Source of the DNA: Candidatus Woesearchaeota archaeon
Lineage (GTDB): Archaea > Nanobdellota > Nanobdellia > Woesearchaeales > SM23-78
Direction of reading: 5' to 3'
Assembly: GCA_016933095.1 (NCBI GenBank)
Contig: JAFGBP010000069.1
Location: 1-55,869 of the forward strand
Length of the DNA stretch: 55,869 nt
A program made the translations under genes and the position numbers. Positions 26,486 to 34,927 of this stretch are shown piece after piece (the first letter of the stretch is position 1; each line of letters opens with the position of its first letter). The notes below the pieces were generated by a model that saw nothing but the letters and a program-made list of their open reading frames with translations, did no database searches and was not told where the DNA came from.

Positions 26486-26830
26486 ATGGCAAAATCAGTG
26501 AAGAAAGCGGCTTCGGGTAGCGCGGACCATTCTGTTGCGTGCGCTGTTCTCAGCTATCTTTTGGTTGGCATTATCTGGTATTTCTCAGATGCTGCTATGA
26601 AGAAGAACAAGTTTGTGCAGAGGCACGTCAGGCAGGGCATCGTGCTCTTGGGGCTTTGGATCGTCGTCATGATCCTGCTCGGTGCGATTCCGTTTATAGG
26701 CTGGGTACTCATCCCTGTGGCTGAGATATTATTCCTGATCCTGTGGGTCTTGGCAATAATCCACGCTGCTACTGGGAAGGACGAGGCTATGCCTGTCCTT
26801 GGAAGCTTGGCTGAGAAGCTGAACATCTGA
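26486..26830 (+). CDS. Small membrane protein (DUF4870-like, 3 TM).
   Basis: AGGGGGTG RBS. Three hydrophobic helices: VLSYLLVGIIWYF, GIVLLGLWIVVMILLGAIPFIGWVLIPV and LFLILWVLAIIHA. Confidence 0.65.
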   Translation: MAKSVKKAASGSADHSVACAVLSYLLVGIIWYFSDAAMKKNKFVQRHVRQGIVLLGLWIVVMILLGAIPFIGWVLIPVAEILFLILWVLAIIHAATGKDEAMPVLGSLAEKLNI

Positions 26831-26849
26831 TATTATTGCAATATTTTTT

Positions 26850-27869
26850 TTATTTCTTTGTTATTTTAGGATAAGTCTCTGTCTTCATGAAGACCTGGTC
26901 GGGCTTTGCAAAGAGCCCTTTGTCTTTCTTCATGGCGTCTTCGCTCGTCGCCTGGGCTATGGCTGCCATGACAAGCTCTCCTTTGAGGGTGAGGACTGCT
27001 ATTCTCTCGCCTTTGTCGATCCTTGACTCGAGCTTTGCTATCCCTGGGATGTTGAGGTATGCGCCGTGGCATATGCTGCTCACCGTGGCGTCGTGGATCC
27101 ATACTTTCTTCAGGTGCTCCGCGCCCTTCTCTACTGGGAGGACTATTTTCCGGAGGAGGGTCTCGTCTCCTTTCTCCTTGTAATAATAGAACGCGTCTTT
27201 CAGGTCTTGGAGCGTGCAGATGGTCGACTCGTCGAACGGCCCCGCCATGGTTCTTCGGAGCTCTGCCATGTGGGCGCCGCATCCGAGCTTGAGTCCTAGG
27301 TCAGAGCACAGCTTCCTGATGTACGTCCCTGCCTGGCATCCTACGCGGAATAATATTGAGCGCTCTTTCATCTCGATTATGTCTATATAATATATTGTGC
27401 GTTTTCGGACCTGGCGCTTCACCGCGCTCCTGACTGGCGGTAGCTGGTCTATCTCTCCGACGAATGAGTCCATTGCTTTCCTGATCTTGTTCTCTTCGAC
27501 GTCAGCGTGCAGGCTCATGAGACATACGTACTCTTTGCCGGCGGTGAGAAGTGACTGGACTATCCTCGTGCCTCTGCCAATAGCTACGGGAAGGACTCCT
27601 GTGACCTTGGGGTCTAGTGTGCCTGAGTGTCCTGACTTCTCGACCTTGAGGATCTTCTTGACAAACGCTGAGACCTCGTGGCTGCTTGGGCCTGATGGCT
27701 TGTCTACGTTTACTATGCCATAGTCCAATAAGTCTGGGATAGATCGCTTTTCAGGGTCGCAGCCGTATCTTGGATCTGTATCGGATTCGCTTTTGATAAG
27801 CACTTCTCGCTTGTCCATCCATGGGAACTTGTTTGATTTCATCTTCGGTTTTCTTGATATGTCTTTCAT
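26850..27869 (-). CDS. cbf5: H/ACA RNP pseudouridine synthase Cbf5 (TruB family with a PUA domain).
   Basis: DPRYGCDPEKRSIPDLLDYGIVNVDKPSGPSSHEVSAFVKKIL...GHSGTLDPKVTGVLPVAIG, plus a C-terminal PUA-like region VWIHDATVSSICHGAYLNIPGI. The true start may be one of the downstream Met codons (MKSNKF or MDKRE). Confidence 0.9.
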   Translation of the reverse strand: MKDISRKPKMKSNKFPWMDKREVLIKSESDTDPRYGCDPEKRSIPDLLDYGIVNVDKPSGPSSHEVSAFVKKILKVEKSGHSGTLDPKVTGVLPVAIGRGTRIVQSLLTAGKEYVCLMSLHADVEENKIRKAMDSFVGEIDQLPPVRSAVKRQVRKRTIYYIDIIEMKERSILFRVGCQAGTYIRKLCSDLGLKLGCGAHMAELRRTMAGPFDESTICTLQDLKDAFYYYKEKGDETLLRKIVLPVEKGAEHLKKVWIHDATVSSICHGAYLNIPGIAKLESRIDKGERIAVLTLKGELVMAAIAQATSEDAMKKDKGLFAKPDQVFMKTETYPKITKK

Positions 27870-27872
27870 CAG

Positions 27873-27915
27873 CCGGCGCTGGATCGGATCATATTTGGAT
27901 GAAGCGCCGTTCTAT
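27873..27915 (-). promoter_or_regulatory. Conserved imperfect-hairpin element, copy B (immediately upstream of cbf5).
   Basis: Minus-sense sequence ATAGAACGGCGCTTCATCCAAATATGATCCGATCCAGCGCCGG, followed by CTG and then the ATG of cbf5. A TTTTAAA box lies about 29 nt upstream of the ATAGA. Confidence 0.6.
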
Positions 27916-28098
27916 GTTATCCATCAAGAAGCTTGGATTGTTTAAAACGTTTTTCTTATTGGCAAGGCTTGCTCTGCAAAAAATGTGTTCTCTATAGAAC
28001 AATAATGTTTATATAGCCCTTTGCAATTCATCGTGTTATTTCGCTGTAAAAGCGATTTGTTATGGGAAGGCTTTTTGGCCTTGGAGTGTGGGTTAGCT

Positions 28099-28773
28099 AT
28101 GAAGAGTAGATTAGAGAGGGTTGTGAATTCTGTTATGGCTGTTGCATTATCAGCTACTATGTCTGGTTATGCCTTGTCTCAGTATGGTTGTGGCAATGAA
28201 GATTGTTCAACGTTGACTTGTGCAGATCCTATGCCTAGTCCGTTGGTGACTCCTGATCCGGAGCCGACTCCTACGCCTAAACCAACGCCGACGCCTAGGC
28301 CTACTCCGACTCCGACGCCTAGGCCTACTCCTAGACCGACGCCGACGCCTACACCTACTCCTACACCAACGCCTACGCCAGGACCTGGAGAGCTTGACGC
28401 TGTGAAGTCGGGTCCAGCGCAGGTTGAGAGCAAAGACCTTTTCAATTATGGTATGAAGGTGAAGAATATTGGGGAGAGTGCGTGCAACAATGCCATACTT
28501 AGGGATACTCTGGATGACAAACTTTACCTTATAGAGAAGCCAGGGTATTGTTCTTACAACTCGTACACTCGCAACCTGAGGTGCGAGCTTGGGGGCTTGG
28601 CTCCTGGTGCGTCAAAGGAACTGTCTATTAAAGTGAAGGCTCCATACGTTTCGAGTTCGCAGATGATCGTCTTGTGCCATACTGAGGTAAAGAATTATTT
28701 CACTGCGTCTTCGGCGACGTGCGATGATGCGACCAGCAACACAGTTGTTACAAAGGTCGTCAGAGGTGATTAA
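28099..28773 (+). CDS. Secreted protein: signal, Pro-Thr linker, DUF11-like beta domain.
   Basis: [27 protein letters not shown] is signal-like. A (TP)n/(RPTP)n linker follows. [47 protein letters not shown]...[20 protein letters not shown] fits the DUF11 'conserved repeat domain' pattern. Confidence 0.7.
   Translation: MKSRLERVVNSVMAVALSATMSGYALSQYGCGNEDCSTLTCADPMPSPLVTPDPEPTPTPKPTPTPRPTPTPTPRPTPRPTPTPTPTPTPTPTPGPGELDAVKSGPAQVESKDLFNYGMKVKNIGESACNNAILRDTLDDKLYLIEKPGYCSYNSYTRNLRCELGGLAPGASKELSIKVKAPYVSSSQMIVLCHTEVKNYFTASSATCDDATSNTVVTKVVRGD
28252..28386 (+). repeat. Coding Pro-Thr ([10 protein letters not shown]) tandem repeat.
   Basis: Degenerate 6-nt ACNCCN period encoding [47 protein letters not shown]. 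Confidence 0.9.
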
Positions 28774-28774
28774 G

Positions 28775-29533
28775 ATGGCAGGAAAGACTTTATCAAGAGT
28801 GGCAATGACAGGGCTTGCATCTGTTGTTGCAGGGATGATGGCTTTGGGTACTCCTGGCGTGTCTGCGTCTGAGAATCAAGGCGCGCATGAGGTTGAGAGT
28901 TCTCAGGTGCAAAAGCAGGGTTTTGATGATGGCAAAGAGAAGAAGAGCAGCAAGATAAGTCTTGGCGCGAGCGTGATTTATGACCAGAACGAGGCTATTG
29001 ATGGCACGCTTGATCTGGGCGTTGCTCTTGGTTCTCATGTGAGCCTAGTTGCGAGCGGGCTTTATGGCCAGGGCAGGAGGGGTAGTTGGAGCCAGACTTA
29101 TCCTGAGGTGTTGGATCCTATCCGTTCAGGCGGAAGGATGGTGCTTCATGATGAGATAATCGATTCTCTCTATAACTATGACGAGAAGGCTTTGCTTCTG
29201 GGATTTGACCTTGGCAAGAAGAATGGCATCAGGCTTGTTCTTCAGGGCGGCATGGGGCTTTACGAGCTTCGCAACCAGTACACGAATACGCTTGTGGCTA
29301 GGACTGAAGATTTTGAAGAGGTCGCCAGGCAGGTCACGAATGGCGAGTCGCATGCACGGGACGAATGGTTCATTGCAGTCGCCAAACTTGGCATTCCTTT
29401 CTGGAAGAGGAGTGATGGCTCTGTAATCATGTCTTTGGAAGCTGGAGCTGTTTGGAAGAAATACCTGTGCTTCCCTCCTGGCTTGAAGGACGAGCCGCTC
29501 GGAGCGGTTGTGAGCTTGAAGTATAGCAAGTAA
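28775..29533 (+). CDS. Secreted protein with a beta-strand-rich, barrel-like C-terminal region.
   Basis: The ATG at 28775 starts 1 nt after the upstream stop (28771-28773). Signal MTGLASVVAGMMALGTPGVSASE. Alternating-pattern strands: ISLGASVIYD, LDLGVALGSHVSLVASGLYG, IRLVLQGGMGLY, VIMSLEAGAVW, GAVVSLKY. Confidence 0.65.
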   Translation: MAGKTLSRVAMTGLASVVAGMMALGTPGVSASENQGAHEVESSQVQKQGFDDGKEKKSSKISLGASVIYDQNEAIDGTLDLGVALGSHVSLVASGLYGQGRRGSWSQTYPEVLDPIRSGGRMVLHDEIIDSLYNYDEKALLLGFDLGKKNGIRLVLQGGMGLYELRNQYTNTLVARTEDFEEVARQVTNGESHARDEWFIAVAKLGIPFWKRSDGSVIMSLEAGAVWKKYLCFPPGLKDEPLGAVVSLKYSK

Positions 29534-29683
29534 TTCTTTTGACATTCTTTTTTATCTTTTTCTTTGTTTTCGTCACTGTTTTGGGACGTGAACTTGTCAC
29601 TTTTTCCGTCGATAAAAGCATAAAATATATAAGCAAGATGGCCTGACCCGTTCCAAAGGGTTTTCATAACCGGTGGTGATTTA

Positions 29684-30697
29684 ATGGGAATTTTAGAGAC
29701 TATAGTGAAAAACAATTTTGTGCGAGTTGGAGCAGTTGCCCTCGGCCTTGCAGTGCTTAGCTGTGGCGGCAGAGATGATTCCATGACAGGGCCTTCTTCT
29801 ACCTCTGTGACTCAGACTGACGGATCTGCGAAAGCTGCAGCCGCCCCTGCGCCTGCGCCTGAAGCGACTCCTCAGCCGACAGACGAGAACGACGAATCGC
29901 AAGGAAGATACTTCACGGCAAACTTCATAAATGGAACTCCAAAAGCAGAGATAATCAACACGACATATCAGGACAACAAGCAGATGTCATACTGTGTCTT
30001 TGAGATGATCGACGGAAACTTCAATAACCAGAAGTTAGTCGGTCACAGGATCTACACCTTGAATGCAAGATCGAAGATAGAGACTGGCGGCCTTGAAGAA
30101 GTCTACCGGCTGTCTCCAGAACAATGCGGAATCGTGCAGACACTCCAGCTGGATCTCATCAGAGGACCTGAGTGCGGACAAGCGCCTAATGGCCATCCTC
30201 ACCAGCCAGAGGCTGTGATTGTAGGATATGTGCTGAAGGGTGATCCATGCCCTACTCCAACTCCGACACCAACGCCTACACCGACTCCGACTCCGACGCC
30301 TACGCCTACACCAACTCCAACGCCTACACCTGGCACTTGCGAAGTAACTGCTCCTCTTGGAGTGGAACTTCCAAAGCAAGGCAATCCGACGGCAGAGTGC
30401 AATTACTTCGGACTTGACTTCTTGTGCAAGGAAGAGGGCGACGCTGCGAGTTCATCATGCGCAGTTTACTCCCCAGTGGCTGGCGGCCAGACTGAGGTCT
30501 TAAGCCTTCATCAGGATGCAAGGATCTTCATCCTGAAAGCCGGGACCAAGATGATTGGATACGATGAGGCTGATGTGCCTGGGGTATTTAACAACCCGGA
30601 GAATAAGGACTTGTCGCACCTGACTGTCTGTGAGTGTCCTCCTGAGACTCCGCAGGCAAGGAATTATCGTGGCTTGTTGGAAGGATTGTTTGATTAA
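29684..30697 (+). CDS. Secreted lipoprotein with an internal (PT)n linker.
   Basis: VGAVALGLAVLSCGG is lipobox-like. The linker is [30 protein letters not shown] recognise no family. Confidence 0.7.
   Translation: MGILETIVKNNFVRVGAVALGLAVLSCGGRDDSMTGPSSTSVTQTDGSAKAAAAPAPAPEATPQPTDENDESQGRYFTANFINGTPKAEIINTTYQDNKQMSYCVFEMIDGNFNNQKLVGHRIYTLNARSKIETGGLEEVYRLSPEQCGIVQTLQLDLIRGPECGQAPNGHPHQPEAVIVGYVLKGDPCPTPTPTPTPTPTPTPTPTPTPTPTPTPGTCEVTAPLGVELPKQGNPTAECNYFGLDFLCKEEGDAASSSCAVYSPVAGGQTEVLSLHQDARIFILKAGTKMIGYDEADVPGVFNNPENKDLSHLTVCECPPETPQARNYRGLLEGLFD
30251..30330 (+). repeat. Coding Pro-Thr dipeptide tandem repeat.
   Basis: (CCN ACN)n encoding [26 protein letters not shown]. Confidence 0.9.
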
Positions 30698-30931
30698 GGG
30701 TTTGGTTGAAATTCTTTATTTTGAAATTTTTTTATCATTTCTCTTTGTTTTCTTTGTTGTTTCTCTCATTTTCGTCACCACTTCGTGACGCATTTCGAAC
30801 TTATTTTGTCGTCGGTAGACAAGTAATTCTTATGTAGTGGTGAAAATGCTAACCTTTAAAAAGAAAACCCGCTTACCGCCAAAACATATCCGGATAAATA
30901 TCTTTATGATATTGCAACGGGGGGAAAAATA

Positions 30932-32194
30932 ATGTTAGAAACAAAGGTTAGCAAAGCAAACACTTCTAGATTAAGACGACTGATAGGCGCAACAGTAATC
31001 GGAGCAGCAACGCTCCTCGGAGGCGCACTCTACGCAACGCCAGCAAACGCAGCAGAAGCTGCGAAAGACACGAAGCCTGCAGTCAGCCATTACGTTATCC
31101 CAAGGGTGTGCGCACAGGTCAACAACGCAGAAGGAAAGCCAGTCAGAGAATACTCATTCGTCAAGCCAGGAAGCAGCCTGTCGATGACTGAAGATGAGAG
31201 TCTTAAGCTGTGTGATGAGTACGAATTAAGAGCAGTCGACCAGAACGGCATCGGGCCAGACCTGAAGCTGGACGCCTTGATCAATGATTCAGAAGGAAAT
31301 CCTGTTGAAGACAAGACTCCGAACCCTAACAAGTCCAAGAGAGCATTCGACTTCCCGATCAACCCGCGAGCAGACGGACTCGAGCCAGGAAAGTACACGC
31401 TTCACTTCCATGGCGAACAGGGACGAGCCTCCAAAGCAGACGTCGAGACAGAACTGACAATACTGCCGGGAGAGAAACCAGCAGCGCCTGCTTGCTCGAC
31501 AGATCCTGAAGTCATAGTGGATTCGGCGCCATGCCCTTCAGAGAAAATCACGGAGTTCAAAGCGTATCCTGTTCCATATCCGGTCCCGGTCCCTGTACCT
31601 GGAAAGGCAGCAGTATTCCTGGATTACAAGAGGGATGGATTCGTCCATGAGGGATCATTAACAGTCCTTAAAGTCGGCGAGAAGTGGAGTTACGGCTTCG
31701 GAGTCGCCGCTGGAGTGGGCCATAAGGATATTGATCGCAGGTTCCAGGGCGACTTGGGAGTCGATACTGGAAGACAGGTGCTTGACTTGGAGTCATTCTA
31801 TGGTTCAGGGGTTGATGTTATCCGCGGAGATGCAATCTTCCAGTTGATGAGAAGGGTCAACGGCAGGGTGCACGTCGGAGGCAGATTAGGTGTCGGCGGT
31901 ATGCAGCTCAGCGCAGCCAACAAGACTTACCAGACAGCCAGAGATCATGTAACTTATGAACAGGTTAAATACCAGGAATGCGATAACGGTGTTTACAAAG
32001 TTAACGGGCTCCATGGATTGGTTGATGGTGTTCTGGAAGTCGAAGCCGTAAAGGACAAGATTAGCGTAGTGGTCAACGGCGGAGTTGGCTATAACGGCGC
32101 CAATGAGATAATCCATGAGGCTGACAACCAGCGAGTCAAGGCCATGCCAAGAGTCACCAAACGATTTGGTGTCGGTGTGAAGTGGAGATTCTAA
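30932..32194 (+). CDS. Secreted protein: signal, Ig-like region, PV linker, beta-barrel-like C-terminal domain ending in Phe.
   Basis: Signal LRRLIGATVIGAATLLGGALYATPANA. Linker YPVPYPVPVPVPG. Strands WSYGFGVAAGVG, RVHVGGRLGVGGMQL, ISVVVNGGVGYNG. The C-terminus is RFGVGVKWRF followed by the stop. Confidence 0.7.
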   Translation: MLETKVSKANTSRLRRLIGATVIGAATLLGGALYATPANAAEAAKDTKPAVSHYVIPRVCAQVNNAEGKPVREYSFVKPGSSLSMTEDESLKLCDEYELRAVDQNGIGPDLKLDALINDSEGNPVEDKTPNPNKSKRAFDFPINPRADGLEPGKYTLHFHGEQGRASKADVETELTILPGEKPAAPACSTDPEVIVDSAPCPSEKITEFKAYPVPYPVPVPVPGKAAVFLDYKRDGFVHEGSLTVLKVGEKWSYGFGVAAGVGHKDIDRRFQGDLGVDTGRQVLDLESFYGSGVDVIRGDAIFQLMRRVNGRVHVGGRLGVGGMQLSAANKTYQTARDHVTYEQVKYQECDNGVYKVNGLHGLVDGVLEVEAVKDKISVVVNGGVGYNGANEIIHEADNQRVKAMPRVTKRFGVGVKWRF

Positions 32195-32209
32195 CAGGGG
32201 GGATGAGGA

Positions 32210-34852
32210 ATGAAACATTTTAAGTTCAACAGGCTTTTGCTGCTTGTATTGACAATAATAACCTGCGCCAGCTTTGTCGCGGCAGTCTTGGTCTTCATGA
32301 GTCCGGACAAGACCATCAGCAACGGAGACTCTGCAGCGTTTACCTGCACGGTCGATCCGATGAGCGGCACTGCAAACTACAACATCAAGCTGACTGGTAA
32401 CGGCGTTAATAAGGTGCTTCAGTCAGGATCGGTTTCAGACAGCAGCGCCCAGAAGACTGTCAACGTTGGCCCTTCTGACTATAATGGGGTCGGGACTTAC
32501 TCAGTTACCTGCTCGGCTACAGAGATGTCTTGCGATCCTTGCTGCTGCAGTTCAGATTCTGAGTCTGCTACTTTGATCGTTACTGGCGGATCTTGCCCTG
32601 CTGACGGCTGGTATTGCACTGCTGAGGAGTGGCGCGAGTACTGGCGATATGACGCCCAGTGCCAGAAGTCTGTCATCAACACCGGCGAGCACTGCAACGA
32701 CTTTGACGGGTGCTATCCTTGGAGCAGCGGCTGCGAGGGCCGTGATTACTCCTGCAACCCGGGCGTGACAGAACTTCCTTGCGTATACACTTATTCTGAC
32801 AGGCACGAAGACTACACTGAAGCCTACATCAAGTATTGCGATGACGCGCTGGTCAAGAAGCACCAGAAGAATCATGATTATTATTGTGGAGTATTATGCG
32901 ACGACCACACTTCCTGGATAAACGACCAGGTCGTGGAGAACTGCAATGATTATGACGGGTGGTACGATACGACAGATACTCGATGGGTTGCGAACGGCGT
33001 GTGCAACGAGAAGAAGCAGAAGAAGCAGGCGTACAGGGATTACACCTGCTCTACCCCGACAGTCTCATGCACTTACGCTGTGACCGGCAACCAATGGGTG
33101 GACACTGGAGAGACTAGGTATGTCCCAGACGGTACTGTCTGCAACGATGGATTGTGGTGTACTACGCCTGATTACTGCACTGAAGGAGTGTGTGGCGGAG
33201 ATCCAAGGGACTGCAGCTACAACAGCTACTTAGAGATAGGGGTCTGTGATAACATTCCAGACAGCATACCTTACACTTGGGATTTCAGCCCCGGATTCGA
33301 GAGTGTTTGCGACGAGGTCCACGACTTGTGCACTGAATCTAACAGGACTTACACTCATACCTGCGACATTGTGAACTGCGGTGCTGAGTGCGAGAGTGAC
33401 CTTGACTGCGAAGACGGAAACCCTTACACGACAGACACTTGCCTCGCTGAATGCACTTGCGAATACGAAGGCCCGCAATGCGGAGACGGAACAGTCCAGC
33501 CTCCAGAGACTTGCGAGCTTCCAGGGACGAGCGACAACCCTTACTGCGAGCAGACAACCAGCGAGTGTAGCGGCTATCTGCTGGGCTTAAGGGACGCTTT
33601 TGGAAACTGCGACGCTGTTTGCGGCTGCACAGATGACCCATTCGACTATGCTTGCGTAGAGGGTTCTTGTGGCGCTGAGTGTGACGCTGACCTTGACTGT
33701 GAGCCTCAATGTCTTGGTAATGTGTATTATTATGGTGGAGCCTGCGACATGCAGACCACTTGCGCTTGTTTGTACGACTCTGAGGATTGCGACGTCCACG
33801 ACGGATGGTACTTGACAAACGAGACTAGGTGGGTTGCTAATGGCGTGTGTATGGAGAAAGAACAGGTAAAGCAAGAGTACAGGAATTATTATTGTGCATT
33901 GCCTGATGGCTGCGATTATGATGTGACTGACTTTTCATGGGTCGACACTGGCAACACGACAAACGTTCTTAACGGTACTGTCTGCAACGATGGTCTTTGG
34001 TGCACTACTCCTGACTATTGCACTGAAGGAGTGTGTGGTGGAGACCCAAGAGATTGCAGCTACAACAGCTACTTAGAGATAGGGGTCTGTGATAACATTC
34101 CAGACAGCATCCCTTACACTTGGGATTACAGTCCTGGGTTTGAGAGTGTTTGCGACGAGGTCCACGACTTGTGCACTGAACAGAACAGGACATATGTCCA
34201 TGAGTGCAGCATCGCTAACTGCTCAGCAGAGTGCGAAGACGACATTGATTGCGCTGATAAGGATCCTTTCACTCTTGACGTGTGCCTTGACAACTGCTCT
34301 TGCGAGTACACTTGGGTCGGCGGATGCGGCGATGGCATGTGCGAGGGTGGCGAGACTTGCTCGAATTGCCCTGCTGACTGCGGATCCTGCCCAGTAGTTA
34401 GCTCTAAGAAGAGCAGCGGCGGTGGCGGAGGCGGCGGGAACTTCATCCTGTCATCTGTTGCTTGGGATTGCGGTGAGTGGAGCCCGTGCATAAATGGGGC
34501 TGAGAGAAGGACTTGCCAGCAAGGATCCTTATCAAAAGAGGAGACTCGCGAGTGCGCTCTTCCAGAAGACAGCGGTTCTGAAGGCTCATCTGATGAGGAG
34601 AAGACAGCCTCTAGCTTTACAGTACTGGGAAGCAGCGGCGGTTCTGAGGAATCAAACGTAGAGGCCGAAAGCCTTGCCTCGAAAGAGGATACGACTGTGG
34701 TCTCTGCTTCAGACGAGGTAAAAGACATGTCAAGAGTCACTGGCTTCAGCATAAAGGACCTTGGATTGTCGGGTTTCAACCCATTCTGGCTCTTCATCCT
34801 GGTGGCAGGCCTGTTGGCTGCCTTTGCAGGATACAAGATCCTGAAGAAGTGA
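32210..34852 (+). CDS. Giant cysteine-rich surface protein (880 aa) with two copies of an about 175-aa Cys module, a Gly linker, an acidic stalk and a C-terminal TM anchor.
   Basis: N-terminal anchor/signal LLLLVLTIITCASFVAAVLVF. Duplicated module (32941..33466 and 33788..34309). A CGDGMCEGGETCSNCPADCGSC motif. C-terminal FWLFILVAGLLAAFAGYKILKK. Confidence 0.8.
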   Translation: MKHFKFNRLLLLVLTIITCASFVAAVLVFMSPDKTISNGDSAAFTCTVDPMSGTANYNIKLTGNGVNKVLQSGSVSDSSAQKTVNVGPSDYNGVGTYSVTCSATEMSCDPCCCSSDSESATLIVTGGSCPADGWYCTAEEWREYWRYDAQCQKSVINTGEHCNDFDGCYPWSSGCEGRDYSCNPGVTELPCVYTYSDRHEDYTEAYIKYCDDALVKKHQKNHDYYCGVLCDDHTSWINDQVVENCNDYDGWYDTTDTRWVANGVCNEKKQKKQAYRDYTCSTPTVSCTYAVTGNQWVDTGETRYVPDGTVCNDGLWCTTPDYCTEGVCGGDPRDCSYNSYLEIGVCDNIPDSIPYTWDFSPGFESVCDEVHDLCTESNRTYTHTCDIVNCGAECESDLDCEDGNPYTTDTCLAECTCEYEGPQCGDGTVQPPETCELPGTSDNPYCEQTTSECSGYLLGLRDAFGNCDAVCGCTDDPFDYACVEGSCGAECDADLDCEPQCLGNVYYYGGACDMQTTCACLYDSEDCDVHDGWYLTNETRWVANGVCMEKEQVKQEYRNYYCALPDGCDYDVTDFSWVDTGNTTNVLNGTVCNDGLWCTTPDYCTEGVCGGDPRDCSYNSYLEIGVCDNIPDSIPYTWDYSPGFESVCDEVHDLCTEQNRTYVHECSIANCSAECEDDIDCADKDPFTLDVCLDNCSCEYTWVGGCGDGMCEGGETCSNCPADCGSCPVVSSKKSSGGGGGGGNFILSSVAWDCGEWSPCINGAERRTCQQGSLSKEETRECALPEDSGSEGSSDEEKTASSFTVLGSSGGSEESNVEAESLASKEDTTVVSASDEVKDMSRVTGFSIKDLGLSGFNPFWLFILVAGLLAAFAGYKILKK
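32941..34309 (+). repeat. Intragenic duplication of an about 175-aa cysteine-rich module (copies 32941..33466 and 33788..34309).
   Basis: Both copies run from C(N/D)..DGWY...RWVANGVC to C.CEY. A 69-aa core (33131-33337 against 33974-34180) has 68 of 69 residues identical. Confidence 0.85.
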
Positions 34853-34927
34853 TAAAATCTTTTTTACAAACTTTTTCCTTATGATTTTAGGAGTGCCAAG
34901 ATTTAAAAATAGGGGTGCTTTTCAAGC

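Noticed and set aside
28179-28445. ORFs encoding (GV)n repeats at 28179..28445 (-) and 30199..30402 (-).
   Set aside because: They are the reverse complement of the Pro-Thr linker repeats of the plus-strand surface-protein genes. Those genes have signal peptides and folded domains.
28775-32194. Reading the OMP-like proteins as evidence that the contig is bacterial or chimeric.
   Set aside because: The flanking genes on the same contig (cbf5 at 26.8 kb, the archaeosortase, the exosome, proteasome alpha) are unambiguously archaeal. The promoter/RBS style is uniform across the junctions. I see no assembly-break signature, although chimerism cannot be excluded without read data.
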